Part shown: piece by piece, positions 46,142 through 55,625 of the stretch
How the letters are laid out: every line of letters starts with the position of its first letter
Numbering within the stretch: position 1 is the stretch's first letter
DNA from: an uncultured virus (IMG/VR IMGVR_UViG_3300031627_000893)
Lineage: Duplodnaviria > Heunggongvirae > Uroviricota > Caudoviricetes
Reading direction: 5' to 3' (one strand)
Length of the DNA: 64,000 nt
IMG/VR virus record: IMGVR_UViG_3300031627_000893
The notes under the pieces: generated by a model
What the model saw: only the letters and a program-made list of their open reading frames with translations
What the model was told of the DNA's origin: nothing
Databases searched by the model: none
Position numbers and translations under genes: made by a program

Positions 46142-47093
46142 GACTAGACAAGAAGGTTTAACTTATATCTCGGCTTCTCGAATGAAGACGCTTCAATTGT
46201 GTAGTTGGCAGTATTATGTCAAATATCTTTTGAGAGTCCCTGATACTTCTAATGATGGAGCAAGAAGAGGTAGCGTATGCCACGGAGTCTTTGAACATTT
46301 GCTAAGAGCCAAGCACCTCAAGCATTATAAAAAAGTTTTAAAATCCGGTGAGCTAAAAGGGAGTCCTGTTGTAGACAGATACGTTAAAACTTACCTAAGA
46401 AAAGAGGGAGCTTTGACTGAGGAAAACTACGAAATGTGCGATAATATGATTCAGGTCGGACTCAGGTCAGATTTCTTTGGCGAAGGTGGGAAATTGCTTG
46501 ATCCTGAAATTTATTTTGAAATCAAAGAGAATCAAGATGGAATAGACTATTTTGCATTAGGATACATCGATAAAATCATACTGTACGAGGAACAAAAGAT
46601 TGTTAAAATCGTAGATTACAAATCGAGTAAAAGTAAATTTAGAGGGGAAGAACTTACCAGTAATGTACAGGCTATGATTTATAGTCTAGCGGCGAAGGAA
46701 AGGTGGCCTGATTACGAGCCAGTGGTTGATTTTGTGTTTCTCAGATTCCCCAAAAGCCCAATACAAACCCTCAGGTTTACCGATGAACAATTGAACGGCT
46801 TTAAGCATTTCCTAACTCATTTTTATGGAATACTAAATAATTTTGATGAGAAGATGGGTCATAACAATTTCGCTATAGATGGGGGATTCAAAACGAAGTG
46901 GCTTTGCGGTCCAACAAAAAGTGGATGGGAATGTCCGGTTAAAAACGAGCTAACGTATTATGCCTTAGTAGACAAAAATACTGACAAAATACTAAAGACC
47001 TCTTTTGAGCCAGACATTCCTATAAAGGAAAATACTGTTTTACAAAAAAGGGTGTACAGTGGATGCCCTAAATTTAATTTTCAAGAATATTAA
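46134..47093 (+). CDS. PD-(D/E)XK exonuclease (RecB/AddB/Cas4-like)
   Basis: ISASR...C, GSVCH, GYIDKI...IVDYKS, Q...Y, C-terminal Cys cluster. Confidence 0.85.
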   Translation: MARTRQEGLTYISASRMKTLQLCSWQYYVKYLLRVPDTSNDGARRGSVCHGVFEHLLRAKHLKHYKKVLKSGELKGSPVVDRYVKTYLRKEGALTEENYEMCDNMIQVGLRSDFFGEGGKLLDPEIYFEIKENQDGIDYFALGYIDKIILYEEQKIVKIVDYKSSKSKFRGEELTSNVQAMIYSLAAKERWPDYEPVVDFVFLRFPKSPIQTLRFTDEQLNGFKHFLTHFYGILNNFDEKMGHNNFAIDGGFKTKWLCGPTKSGWECPVKNELTYYALVDKNTDKILKTSFEPDIPIKENTVLQKRVYSGCPKFNFQEY

Positions 47094-47094
47094 T

Positions 47095-47871
47095 ATGGAA
47101 GAAATACTACCGCTTTTTAAGAGCCACTATAGTATAGGCAGAAGCATTTTAAACTTAGAGGAAGCAGACGAGATCAGAGATGATTACCCCGTATCTATCA
47201 TAAGCATATGCAAGGAATACGGTCTAGAAGAAATGTACTTGGTAGACGATTGCATGTCTGGATTCCTTCAGGCTTACATTAATAGCTCCAATAATAAAAT
47301 AAAACTTAATTTCGGCATTAGGATTCTTTTGTGCAACGATATAACCGTCAAGAACGAAGAGGCCAGAAAACAAACCAGTAAGATTATACTGTTCGCGAAA
47401 AATGGGAAAGGTTTCTCTAAGCTCATTAAAATCTATTCTAAAGCAGCGACAGAGGGTAAGTATTACGCTCCGAGAGTCGATAGCAACTTGCTGAAAGAAT
47501 TCTGGAACCCCAAAGACCTGATGCTCTGCGTCCCATTTTATGATTCTTACCTAGAGCTAAACGCTTTTCATCAAGGACTTTCCCTACCTAATCTCGACGA
47601 CTTCGAGCCAACATATTTCTGGGAAGATAATGATTTACCATTTGACACGCCGCTTAAAGATAATGTAATGTCCTACTCACGAATCAGTGGGGAGGCCGTG
47701 CAACAAGTCCAAAGCATCTACTACTATAAAAGGGATGACTTCAAGGCTTACTTAACCTTTAGGTGTATTGCAAATCGAAGCGATCTCTCGACTCCGAGAT
47801 TAAGTCATATGGGTTCTGAGGAGTTTTGTTTTGAGAATTGGCTTAGTAAAAAAGGAGAAAAAATAAAATGA
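47095..47871 (+). CDS. stand-alone PHP domain of DNA polymerase III alpha
   Basis: KSHYSIGRS, LVDDCMSGF, IKLNFGI, LFAKNGKGFSKLIKI.S, YYAPRVD. Confidence 0.85.
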   Translation: MEEILPLFKSHYSIGRSILNLEEADEIRDDYPVSIISICKEYGLEEMYLVDDCMSGFLQAYINSSNNKIKLNFGIRILLCNDITVKNEEARKQTSKIILFAKNGKGFSKLIKIYSKAATEGKYYAPRVDSNLLKEFWNPKDLMLCVPFYDSYLELNAFHQGLSLPNLDDFEPTYFWEDNDLPFDTPLKDNVMSYSRISGEAVQQVQSIYYYKRDDFKAYLTFRCIANRSDLSTPRLSHMGSEEFCFENWLSKKGEKIK

Positions 47872-48245
47872 GTGATCATATCAGCAGGATCTTTAATCCC
47901 AAAAAAGTAGAAAAAGAGTGGGGGTACGAGTTATGGTTGGCAAATAATTCGAGTCACAACTACTGTGGAAAAATTCTTCACGTTAATGAGGGGCATAGAG
48001 GGTCAATGCATTGGCATCTCAAAAAGCATGAAACTTTTTATATCCTAAAAGGGGAAATGCAGTTGGACCTTTTAGATACCGACAAGGGGGAAGTTTATAC
48101 TGAGCATCTCAAGGAAGGAGACTGTTACGAAATTCCAGTAGGACAACCGCATCAAATTATAGCAACCGCAGAGCTAGAGATTATCGAAACTAGCACTTTC
48201 CATATGGACTCAGATAGCTATAGAAGTTGGAGAGGCGAAAAATAA
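47868..48245 (+). CDS. cupin-domain protein (mannose-6-phosphate isomerase-like)
   Basis: VEKEWGYE, SMHWHLKKHETF, IPVGQPHQ, IETST. Confidence 0.8.
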   Translation: MSDHISRIFNPKKVEKEWGYELWLANNSSHNYCGKILHVNEGHRGSMHWHLKKHETFYILKGEMQLDLLDTDKGEVYTEHLKEGDCYEIPVGQPHQIIATAELEIIETSTFHMDSDSYRSWRGEK

Positions 48246-48736
48246 TGACTGACCCTGAAAATTATTGCGCTGTCTGGCTCACTAAATTCGAAGCTCAAAC
48301 GGCTTGTACGATAGGTTGCGAGAGAAGGCTTACAAACAGATACAAAGAGGTAGGAGCAAAAGATTACGTTAAAGAGGTGCAAATGGACTTAGGCGGGTTC
48401 GAGAGAGATATTCAAGCTGCCGCCGCTGAAATGGCATTCGCAAAGGCTAGGAAAATGTATTGGGACTTTAGCGTAAATACATTCAAGAAACCGGATGTAG
48501 CCCATATACAAATAAGACATACTATTAGGTCTTCAGGCAGACTGATTGTGAGACCAGATGACAGCGATGACGAGACTTTCGTCTTAGTTACTGGTGAAAT
48601 ACCTAATTTCACATTAAGGGGACACATCAAGGGGAGAGACGCTAAGCAAGACCAATTCCTAAATAATCCGGGAGGGGGGAAACCTTGCTGGATGGTTCCT
48701 CAAGGCGACTTAAAGCCAATACCTAAACCTAAATGA
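48245..48736 (+). CDS. conserved phage hypothetical protein (possible PD-(D/E)XK-like fold)
   Basis: AAAEMAFAK...W...PDV..IQIR...LIVRP.D. Confidence 0.55.
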   Translation: MTDPENYCAVWLTKFEAQTACTIGCERRLTNRYKEVGAKDYVKEVQMDLGGFERDIQAAAAEMAFAKARKMYWDFSVNTFKKPDVAHIQIRHTIRSSGRLIVRPDDSDDETFVLVTGEIPNFTLRGHIKGRDAKQDQFLNNPGGGKPCWMVPQGDLKPIPKPK

Positions 48737-49371
48737 ACGGACATCTACTCAGATTCGACAGGAAGAGCACATTCGTTTTTATCGATTGCGAAACGCTAAA
48801 TCTATGTCTTAATTCCGTTAACAATCTCCCTTGGCAGGTATCCATGATAAAGAGTGTCGGAGGCAAGAATATAGACCAAAGGGACTTCCTTATAAAATGG
48901 GACACGAAGTTGAAGATTAGCAAAGGCGCAGCTAGGATCACAAAGTTTGACCCCAAGAAGCTGGATAGGTTAGGGAAGCCACCAGAGGAAGTCGTTCCTG
49001 AGATAATAGAATGGCTAGATAAAGCTGATTACGTTATAGGCCACAATATACTCGGCTTCGACATCTATTTAATCAGAGGCATATATAAGTTCGCCAAAAA
49101 AAGCTACAGAAGCGTGGTTCCCAAGGTGATAGATACGTTGTCCATAGCTAGAGGGATAAAGAATAATCTTAAACCAAAAAATATCGAAAATTTTTTAGAG
49201 TTTCAGCTTCAAATGCTTAACATAAGAGTTAAAGGGCAAAAGAACTCTCTCGCTGCTTTAGGGAAACAATACTCTATTGAGCACGACTACGAAAAGCTAC
49301 ACAATGCGATTGTTGATCTGGAACTAAATTTGAAAATTTGGAATAAACTCAAATACGAAATGGAGGTTTAA
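48733..49371 (+). CDS. DEDDh 3'-5' exonuclease (DnaQ-like proofreader)
   Basis: FIDCET, GHNILGFD, IDTL, LHNAIVD. Confidence 0.9.
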   Translation: MNGHLLRFDRKSTFVFIDCETLNLCLNSVNNLPWQVSMIKSVGGKNIDQRDFLIKWDTKLKISKGAARITKFDPKKLDRLGKPPEEVVPEIIEWLDKADYVIGHNILGFDIYLIRGIYKFAKKSYRSVVPKVIDTLSIARGIKNNLKPKNIENFLEFQLQMLNIRVKGQKNSLAALGKQYSIEHDYEKLHNAIVDLELNLKIWNKLKYEMEV

Positions 49372-49372
49372 C

Positions 49373-49759
49373 GTGGAATCAATGGATTTTATATACGATC
49401 TTACTGAAAAAATGCAGGACCAGAATATAGATTATTTTCTGGTATCAGTAAGGGACAACAAAGTAGATGATGTCGTTGATGTTTTTTTTAACGTAAACTC
49501 AGAAAGGACTTACAGAATACTAAAAGATGTCTTTGACCAAAGCTCCATAGAAGTAGGAGATATACTTCAAGATAGCGAGTACGGAGAGTCGGAAGAATTT
49601 ATATTCTCTGGATCGCCTGAAACTATACATATATTTGACAGCGAAGAAACTACTAATGAATTAAATTTTGAATTTGAAATCTTAGAAGACGAGGACGAGG
49701 ATGACGAAAGCAGCGACAGCGAAGAGAAGAAAAACGACGACGACGAAGAAGAAAAGTAA
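49373..49759 (+). CDS. highly acidic hypothetical protein
   Basis: 128-aa ORF with a D/E-rich tail. Confidence 0.6.
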   Translation: MESMDFIYDLTEKMQDQNIDYFLVSVRDNKVDDVVDVFFNVNSERTYRILKDVFDQSSIEVGDILQDSEYGESEEFIFSGSPETIHIFDSEETTNELNFEFEILEDEDEDDESSDSEEKKNDDDEEEK

Positions 49760-52328
49760 GGCCCAGTTTTCTAAAAACTTCAAGCCGTACGATCTCGATC
49801 TTCATGGAGTAAGGCTACCTAGCTTTACTATCGACCCTGCCTTCAAGGAGAAGATTGGGCTTTCGGCTGAATGCAAAAACTTCGATTTTTTGAGGGGCCT
49901 ATGTCTTGAAGGCTTTAGAAAACTTAAACTCAAAAAAGGATCAGAGCTTTATGATACTTACGTAGAGAGAGTCAAGTATGAACTAGATATTCTAAACGAT
50001 CTAGGGTTTACAGATTATATACTCTTAGTGTGGAATGTAGTTAATTATTGCAGAATAAATGATATCCCAGTTGGACCGGGTAGAGGAAGTGCCGCTGGGT
50101 CTCTTGTCCTTTTCCTATGTAACGTAACTAAAATAGACCCTGTTAAGTACGATCTGTTTTTTGAGAGATTCGTATCTAGAGCAAGAGCGAAGAAAAAGGT
50201 AGTCAAAGGGGTAACATACCTAGACGGGTCATTGATGTGCGATGTTGACATAGATATATGCTACTATAACAGGCAAAGGGTAATAGACTACATCCAGAAA
50301 GAATTTGAGAATAGGAGCAGCAAAATTCTTACTCTTTCCACTCTCTCTTCTAAGATCTTAATTAAAGATTGCGGCAAAATAATAGACGCGAAGTCAGAAG
50401 TAGAAATGAACACCGTCTCTTCTATGATACCTAAGGTGTTCGGTAATGTTGCCGATCTGCAAGACGCATACGACAATGTAGATGACTTCAGAGCATGGTG
50501 TAATAAAAATGAATCTGTATTCTCTACTTCCTTAAAGCTAAGAAATTTAATAAGACAAAATGGAGTACATGCCTCCGGTGTACTTTTATCGTATCATCCC
50601 CTAAACGAGACATGTCCTGTACAGCTATCTTCAGATAAAGATATCGTCTCTGGCTACGACATGAACTTCGCTTCCTTAGTTAACGTAAAGTTAGACTTAC
50701 TAGGGCTTAGAAGCGCAACGGTTGTGGACGAAGTCTGTAAGCACGTAGGAATAACAATGGATGATATAGATTTTAATGATCCATTTATTTACCAAAGCCT
50801 ACAGGATTTGAAGACTCCTCATGGCTTATTTCAATTAGAGGCTTTTACAAATTACAGAGTAGTCAGATCTGTGAAGCCCAAAAATCTGGAAGAGCTTAGC
50901 GGGGTGTTGGCTCTCGCTAGACCGGGGGCTTTAGACTTTGTAGACCAATATTCTTCTTATACGGAACATGGGACTTACGACCCAATCCACCCCTACTTCG
51001 ATGATATTTTGGCATCGACAGGCGGAGTCTGCCTCTATCAAGAACAAATGATGAGGATGGCCCACAAAATTGGGTTTACCCTTGATGAAGCAGAAATCCT
51101 GAGACGAATCGTAGGAAAAAAGAAAGTTAAAGAAGTAAAAGAATGGAAACAGAAAATCAAGGATAAGATCAAGGAGAATGACCTAGACGATGGAATAGGA
51201 CAGATACTTTGGAAGGTATTAGAGGACTCCGCGAACTACTCCTTTAATAAGTCTCACTCTATATCTTACGCCGCGCTATCTGCTTGTACCATTTATTTGA
51301 AGTTTAAGTATCCCAAGGAGTTCTTCTTGGCCTTGTTAAGGATGACTCGACACGAGAGTAATCCCATCTCTGAGATATCAAAAACGACTAGAGAATTTCA
51401 AGCGTTCGGCATAAAGCTTCTCCCTCCTCATTTGGTGAAATCGACAATGGATTTTCATATCGAAGGAGATAACATAAGATTTGGTTTGCTGTCTATTAAA
51501 GGTATCAGCGACAAAACAATAGAAAAAATTAACGAGTTCAAAGGCGAGTTCGATAGCAAATTCGAAGTATTCCAAGCTTCTGAAGACGCTAAACTAAACC
51601 TTGGCACTCTTTGCGCTTTAATACAGGCTGGAGCATTAGATAACGAATTCGATCATTCCAGAAGCAGGATGGTCCTCGAATGCCAACTATGGAAGCTCCT
51701 CACCACTAGAGAAAAAAGATATGCTATGGAATTCGCTAATGAGTATAAGCACGATCTTATAGAGATACTAAAAAATCTTAGGGAATTTAAAGACGAAAAA
51801 GGTAAAGTAGTAATTAAGGACTCAAGATACGAAACGATAAAGAAGAAATACCTTCCTTACTTAGACATCTACAGCATGAATAAGAAGAGCGAAAGGTTCG
51901 CTAATTGGTATTACGAGAAAACAGTTTTAGGATATTCCCCGAACCATACCCTTTCAGACATATTCTCTAACCATATATCTAATCTTATTAAAATAAACGC
52001 CTCCCAAGAAGTCCCCATCAGAAGGCAAGTAAGAATAGTCGGCGTTATAAACGACCTCTTTAGAGGAAGGTCGCGAAAAAACGACAACGAATACATCAGG
52101 CTTACGGTTGAAGATGAAACTAGTGAAATTACGTGCTTGATGTTCGAAAAAGCCATCGAGACCTGTCTACACACTAACGAAAAAATGCCAGAGAAAGATG
52201 ATGTCGTAATCATAAACGGAACTAAATCTGAGGATGCTATTTTTATTAATTCAATTGGCATACAAAGCAATAAGATATACATGAGACTTTCAGATGTAGA
52301 AAGAGATCTTAATAAGAATAAAAAATGA
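49701..52328 (+). CDS. dnaE: DNA polymerase III alpha catalytic subunit lacking the PHP domain
   Basis: GPGRGSAAGSLV, LFFERF, DVDID, HASGV, KLDLLGL, YQEQMM, YSFNKSHS, C-terminal OB-fold. Confidence 0.95.
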   Translation: MTKAATAKRRKTTTTKKKSKAQFSKNFKPYDLDLHGVRLPSFTIDPAFKEKIGLSAECKNFDFLRGLCLEGFRKLKLKKGSELYDTYVERVKYELDILNDLGFTDYILLVWNVVNYCRINDIPVGPGRGSAAGSLVLFLCNVTKIDPVKYDLFFERFVSRARAKKKVVKGVTYLDGSLMCDVDIDICYYNRQRVIDYIQKEFENRSSKILTLSTLSSKILIKDCGKIIDAKSEVEMNTVSSMIPKVFGNVADLQDAYDNVDDFRAWCNKNESVFSTSLKLRNLIRQNGVHASGVLLSYHPLNETCPVQLSSDKDIVSGYDMNFASLVNVKLDLLGLRSATVVDEVCKHVGITMDDIDFNDPFIYQSLQDLKTPHGLFQLEAFTNYRVVRSVKPKNLEELSGVLALARPGALDFVDQYSSYTEHGTYDPIHPYFDDILASTGGVCLYQEQMMRMAHKIGFTLDEAEILRRIVGKKKVKEVKEWKQKIKDKIKENDLDDGIGQILWKVLEDSANYSFNKSHSISYAALSACTIYLKFKYPKEFFLALLRMTRHESNPISEISKTTREFQAFGIKLLPPHLVKSTMDFHIEGDNIRFGLLSIKGISDKTIEKINEFKGEFDSKFEVFQASEDAKLNLGTLCALIQAGALDNEFDHSRSRMVLECQLWKLLTTREKRYAMEFANEYKHDLIEILKNLREFKDEKGKVVIKDSRYETIKKKYLPYLDIYSMNKKSERFANWYYEKTVLGYSPNHTLSDIFSNHISNLIKINASQEVPIRRQVRIVGVINDLFRGRSRKNDNEYIRLTVEDETSEITCLMFEKAIETCLHTNEKMPEKDDVVIINGTKSEDAIFINSIGIQSNKIYMRLSDVERDLNKNKK

Positions 52329-53230
52329 AGTGTTTAGTTACAGGAGGAGAAGGGTTTATAGGTAGTCATATAGTCGATAGGCTCATTGAAGAAGGCCATG
52401 ATGTAGTTTCGGTTGATGACCATTCAGCGCAAAGCAACTCGGTTTGGTATCAGAACAGCTTAGCCTCTAATCACCGAAAAAGCATTCTGGATTCGGCTGA
52501 TATGTATGACCTTTTTAAATTTCAGAGGTTTGATTTTGTTTTCCATTTAGCTGCCGTATCTAGAATCCAAATTGGGATTAACGAACCGATCAACACAGCA
52601 GCCACCAATTATCTGGGGACAGCGACCCTATTGGACTTATCCTTAAAGTATGGAGTCAAGAAGTTCATTTTCTCATCCACATCATCAATTTATGGAAAAG
52701 GGCATAAGATACCTTATACAGAAGATATGGCAGATTGCTTGACTCCGTATTCGGTGGCAAAGCTCGGATCAGAGAAACTTTGCAGGGTATACACGAGAAT
52801 GCATGGGTTGCCGACTGTGGCTCTAAGATACTTTAATGTTTACGGAGAGAGAGAGCCGACCAAAGGAGAGTACGCTCCTGTCATAGGTCTTTTTCTGAGG
52901 CAGAGAAAAGAAGGAAAGGCTCTAACGGTTATAGGGGATGGTATGCAAAGTAGAGATTTTACTTATATAAAAGATGCTGTAGAGGCTAATATATTGGCGA
53001 TGATTGCTCCTCATTGGGCGAACGGAAAAACTTTCAATATAGGGTCCGGTAAGAGTTATTCGATTTTAGAAATTGCAAAAATGATATCTGAGAACATAAA
53101 GCATATCCCAGAGAGGAGAGGGGAGTCTAGACATACGTTAGCTGATATGTCGTCAGCGTTGAGGTCACTCCATTATAGACCAAAACACTCTTTAGCGAAT
53201 TACATAAAGGAACAAATAAAAACATGCTAA
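52325..53230 (+). CDS. UDP-glucose 4-epimerase-like SDR
   Basis: TGGEGFIGSH, FHLAA, PYSVAK, LRYFNVYG, GDGMQSRDF. Confidence 0.9.
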   Translation: MKCLVTGGEGFIGSHIVDRLIEEGHDVVSVDDHSAQSNSVWYQNSLASNHRKSILDSADMYDLFKFQRFDFVFHLAAVSRIQIGINEPINTAATNYLGTATLLDLSLKYGVKKFIFSSTSSIYGKGHKIPYTEDMADCLTPYSVAKLGSEKLCRVYTRMHGLPTVALRYFNVYGEREPTKGEYAPVIGLFLRQRKEGKALTVIGDGMQSRDFTYIKDAVEANILAMIAPHWANGKTFNIGSGKSYSILEIAKMISENIKHIPERRGESRHTLADMSSALRSLHYRPKHSLANYIKEQIKTC

Positions 53231-53694
53231 GATTCTATCGAGCTAATAGTGAGGCTACTGGTTGTTGCGCGTCTTTTTACGTGAATAGACAAGGCAACAT
53301 AATGATGAAGTTTGTAAAACAGGCTTCATACAACAAGCAGAACAAGTCTGGAGATTTTAAGTCTAACTCTAAAGACCCGTACAAAAATGCTATCTGTAAA
53401 GTAAGCAGAATAGAGGCCGCTGGGATTATAGATTCTTTTGAACATGCCATCCCGTACGACTTCGAGCACTGGAGTGCGACTCAGCAAGTCACATGCAAAT
53501 TTGATAAGTCGAATGTGCTCATAGAGAATCTCCCGAATGGATTCACCATAGGTCTTTTTAAAACTGTGAAAGTGGATAAAGCCAAGGTTAATTTTTCAAT
53601 TTTACTTTCAAGAGACGAGACCCGCCTTTTAGTAGAAGAAATGAAAGGGTTCCTGTCTAAAACAGCGATTGAAACAAATGCGAGTCAAGACTGA
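53224..53694 (+). CDS. hypothetical protein (possible Whirly/PC4-like ssDNA-binding fold)
   Basis: Two beta-beta-beta-alpha-like halves; fold assignment is speculative. Confidence 0.45.
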   Translation: MLRFYRANSEATGCCASFYVNRQGNIMMKFVKQASYNKQNKSGDFKSNSKDPYKNAICKVSRIEAAGIIDSFEHAIPYDFEHWSATQQVTCKFDKSNVLIENLPNGFTIGLFKTVKVDKAKVNFSILLSRDETRLLVEEMKGFLSKTAIETNASQD

Positions 53695-53695
53695 T

Positions 53696-55624
53696 ATGTC
53701 CGATAAATTAAAAGTTTTTTTTCACTCCGACTCTGCTTTTGCTAAGACTGGGTTCGGGAGAAACGCGAGAGCGGTTTTGTCTTACCTCTATAGCACTGGC
53801 AAGTACGAAATAATCCAATATTGCATGGGAGTCCAAGAGGGCAGCATCCAGCTAAGCAAGTCTCCGTGGAAATCGATAGGTTGCTTACCAGCGGACGAAA
53901 ACGAATTAAATAGGATACAAAGAGATCCTGCATACGCTAGACTCGCTGGGTACGGAGCCCACTTCATGGATAAGGCGATGAAAGAACACAAGCCTGATGT
54001 GTATATCGGGGTCCAAGACATCTGGGGGGTCGATTTCTGTATAGACAAGCCATGGTTCAATAAAATAAACCATGCAGTTTGGACGACTTTAGATTCTCTC
54101 CCTATCCTTCCAAACGCTGTCGATAGAGCCCCAAAAATTAAAAACTATTGGATATGGGCAGATTTCGCTACTCAAGCTCTGCATAAGCTCGGCCATAAGC
54201 ATGTCAAAACTTTGAGAGGAGCGTTAGACACGAAGCACTTCTATTCTCTTGAAGATAAAAAGAAGAAAGGGATAAGAGCATTCCATAATATCTCAAAAGA
54301 TACATTTGTTGTTGGGTTTGTCTTTAGAAACCAACTCAGAAAATCGGTCCCTAATCTGATGCTCGGGTTCAAAAAATTTAAGAGTAAGGCCAAAAACCTA
54401 AAAGGAGCCAAGCTCCTATTGCATACCCATTTCTCCGAAGGCTGGGATATTCCTAGGGAAGCTCAAAACGCGGGAGTGAGCATGGACGATATTCTATGCA
54501 CTTACACATGCAGGGGGTGCAAATCATACACCGTCTCAAATTTCAAGGGGCAAGACCAAAAATGTAATATATGTGGGAATGAGAAAGGCTTGGTGACGGC
54601 CAACACGGTAGACGGAGTGACCGAAGCCCAACTAAACGAGATATACAATTTGATGGATATTTACGTCCACCCTTTCACTTCCGGTGGTCAAGAAATACCG
54701 ATTCAAGAGGCCAAACTTACAGAGCTAATTACTCTGGTTACGAATTATTCTTGCGGAGAAGACTTATGCGTAAACGGATCGGGCTCACTGCCTCTATCTT
54801 GGACTGAATACTGGGAGCCTCAGACTCACTTCATCAAAGCCACCACTGACCCTGAATCAATTTGCCAGAACCTATTAAAGGTCTTTAAGATGAGTAAATC
54901 TAGGAGGGATCAATTAGGGAAGCAAGGAAGGGATTTTGTAATAAAAAATTTCTCAGTAGAAAAGATCGGGGGAATGCTTGAAGAGTATCTGGACTCTTGT
55001 GAGAAGACAGAGTATGACTTTGAGAAAGGAGAAGAGAAGAAAGACCCAGACATAAATGTCCCGAAAATTGAAGAGGACGACGAATGGATTCTATGGCTTT
55101 ATCATAACATTCTCAAAATGGGGAATGTAGACAAAGATGATGACGGGTTTAAGTACTGGAAACAAGAACTCAAAAACGGCAGGACGAAGTTTGATGTAGA
55201 GACTTACTTTAAACAGGTGGCTACCCAAGAGAACTCTAAAAACGCAGCCGACAAAGGCTTTGAAGACCTGCTCGACAAGGACGACAAAGGCAAGAGAATA
55301 GCTTTCGTAATGCCAGAAGCAATTGGGGACTTATTTCTCTGCTCTAGCCTGTTCCGTTCTATCTCGGAGCAATACCCAGATCATAATTTATACGTTTGCG
55401 CTAAGCCTGAGTTTTCTCAAATCCTGCAAGGGAATCCTTACATACATAAAATACTAAATTACATTCCAGAAATGGACGAATTGGTTTGGTTAGAGGGAAA
55501 AAGAGACCATGAGGGGTTTTTCGAAATAGCATATCTTCCTTTTATAGGAACACAAAGACACTTGAATTATACTCATAACGGTAAAGACAAAATAGCCTAT
55601 AAAGATTTAAAATACGCTGACTAA
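53696..55624 (+). CDS. GT4-like glycosyltransferase fused to a GT9-like N-terminal half-domain
   Basis: TGFGR, FRNQLRK, SGGQEIPIQEA; C-terminal AIGDLF.......YPD...ILQGNPYI. Confidence 0.8.
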   Translation: MSDKLKVFFHSDSAFAKTGFGRNARAVLSYLYSTGKYEIIQYCMGVQEGSIQLSKSPWKSIGCLPADENELNRIQRDPAYARLAGYGAHFMDKAMKEHKPDVYIGVQDIWGVDFCIDKPWFNKINHAVWTTLDSLPILPNAVDRAPKIKNYWIWADFATQALHKLGHKHVKTLRGALDTKHFYSLEDKKKKGIRAFHNISKDTFVVGFVFRNQLRKSVPNLMLGFKKFKSKAKNLKGAKLLLHTHFSEGWDIPREAQNAGVSMDDILCTYTCRGCKSYTVSNFKGQDQKCNICGNEKGLVTANTVDGVTEAQLNEIYNLMDIYVHPFTSGGQEIPIQEAKLTELITLVTNYSCGEDLCVNGSGSLPLSWTEYWEPQTHFIKATTDPESICQNLLKVFKMSKSRRDQLGKQGRDFVIKNFSVEKIGGMLEEYLDSCEKTEYDFEKGEEKKDPDINVPKIEEDDEWILWLYHNILKMGNVDKDDDGFKYWKQELKNGRTKFDVETYFKQVATQENSKNAADKGFEDLLDKDDKGKRIAFVMPEAIGDLFLCSSLFRSISEQYPDHNLYVCAKPEFSQILQGNPYIHKILNYIPEMDELVWLEGKRDHEGFFEIAYLPFIGTQRHLNYTHNGKDKIAYKDLKYAD

Positions 55625-55625
55625 A

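Noticed and set aside
46134..47093. Cas4-like nuclease as part of the Cas7-like system
   Set aside because: It lies 43 kb away inside the helicase-primase-polymerase module, where such exonucleases are routine in phages.
20589..52328. Introns or inteins in nrdA, recA, dnaB or dnaE
   Set aside because: The ORFs are continuous and of normal or reduced length, with no splice motifs noticed.
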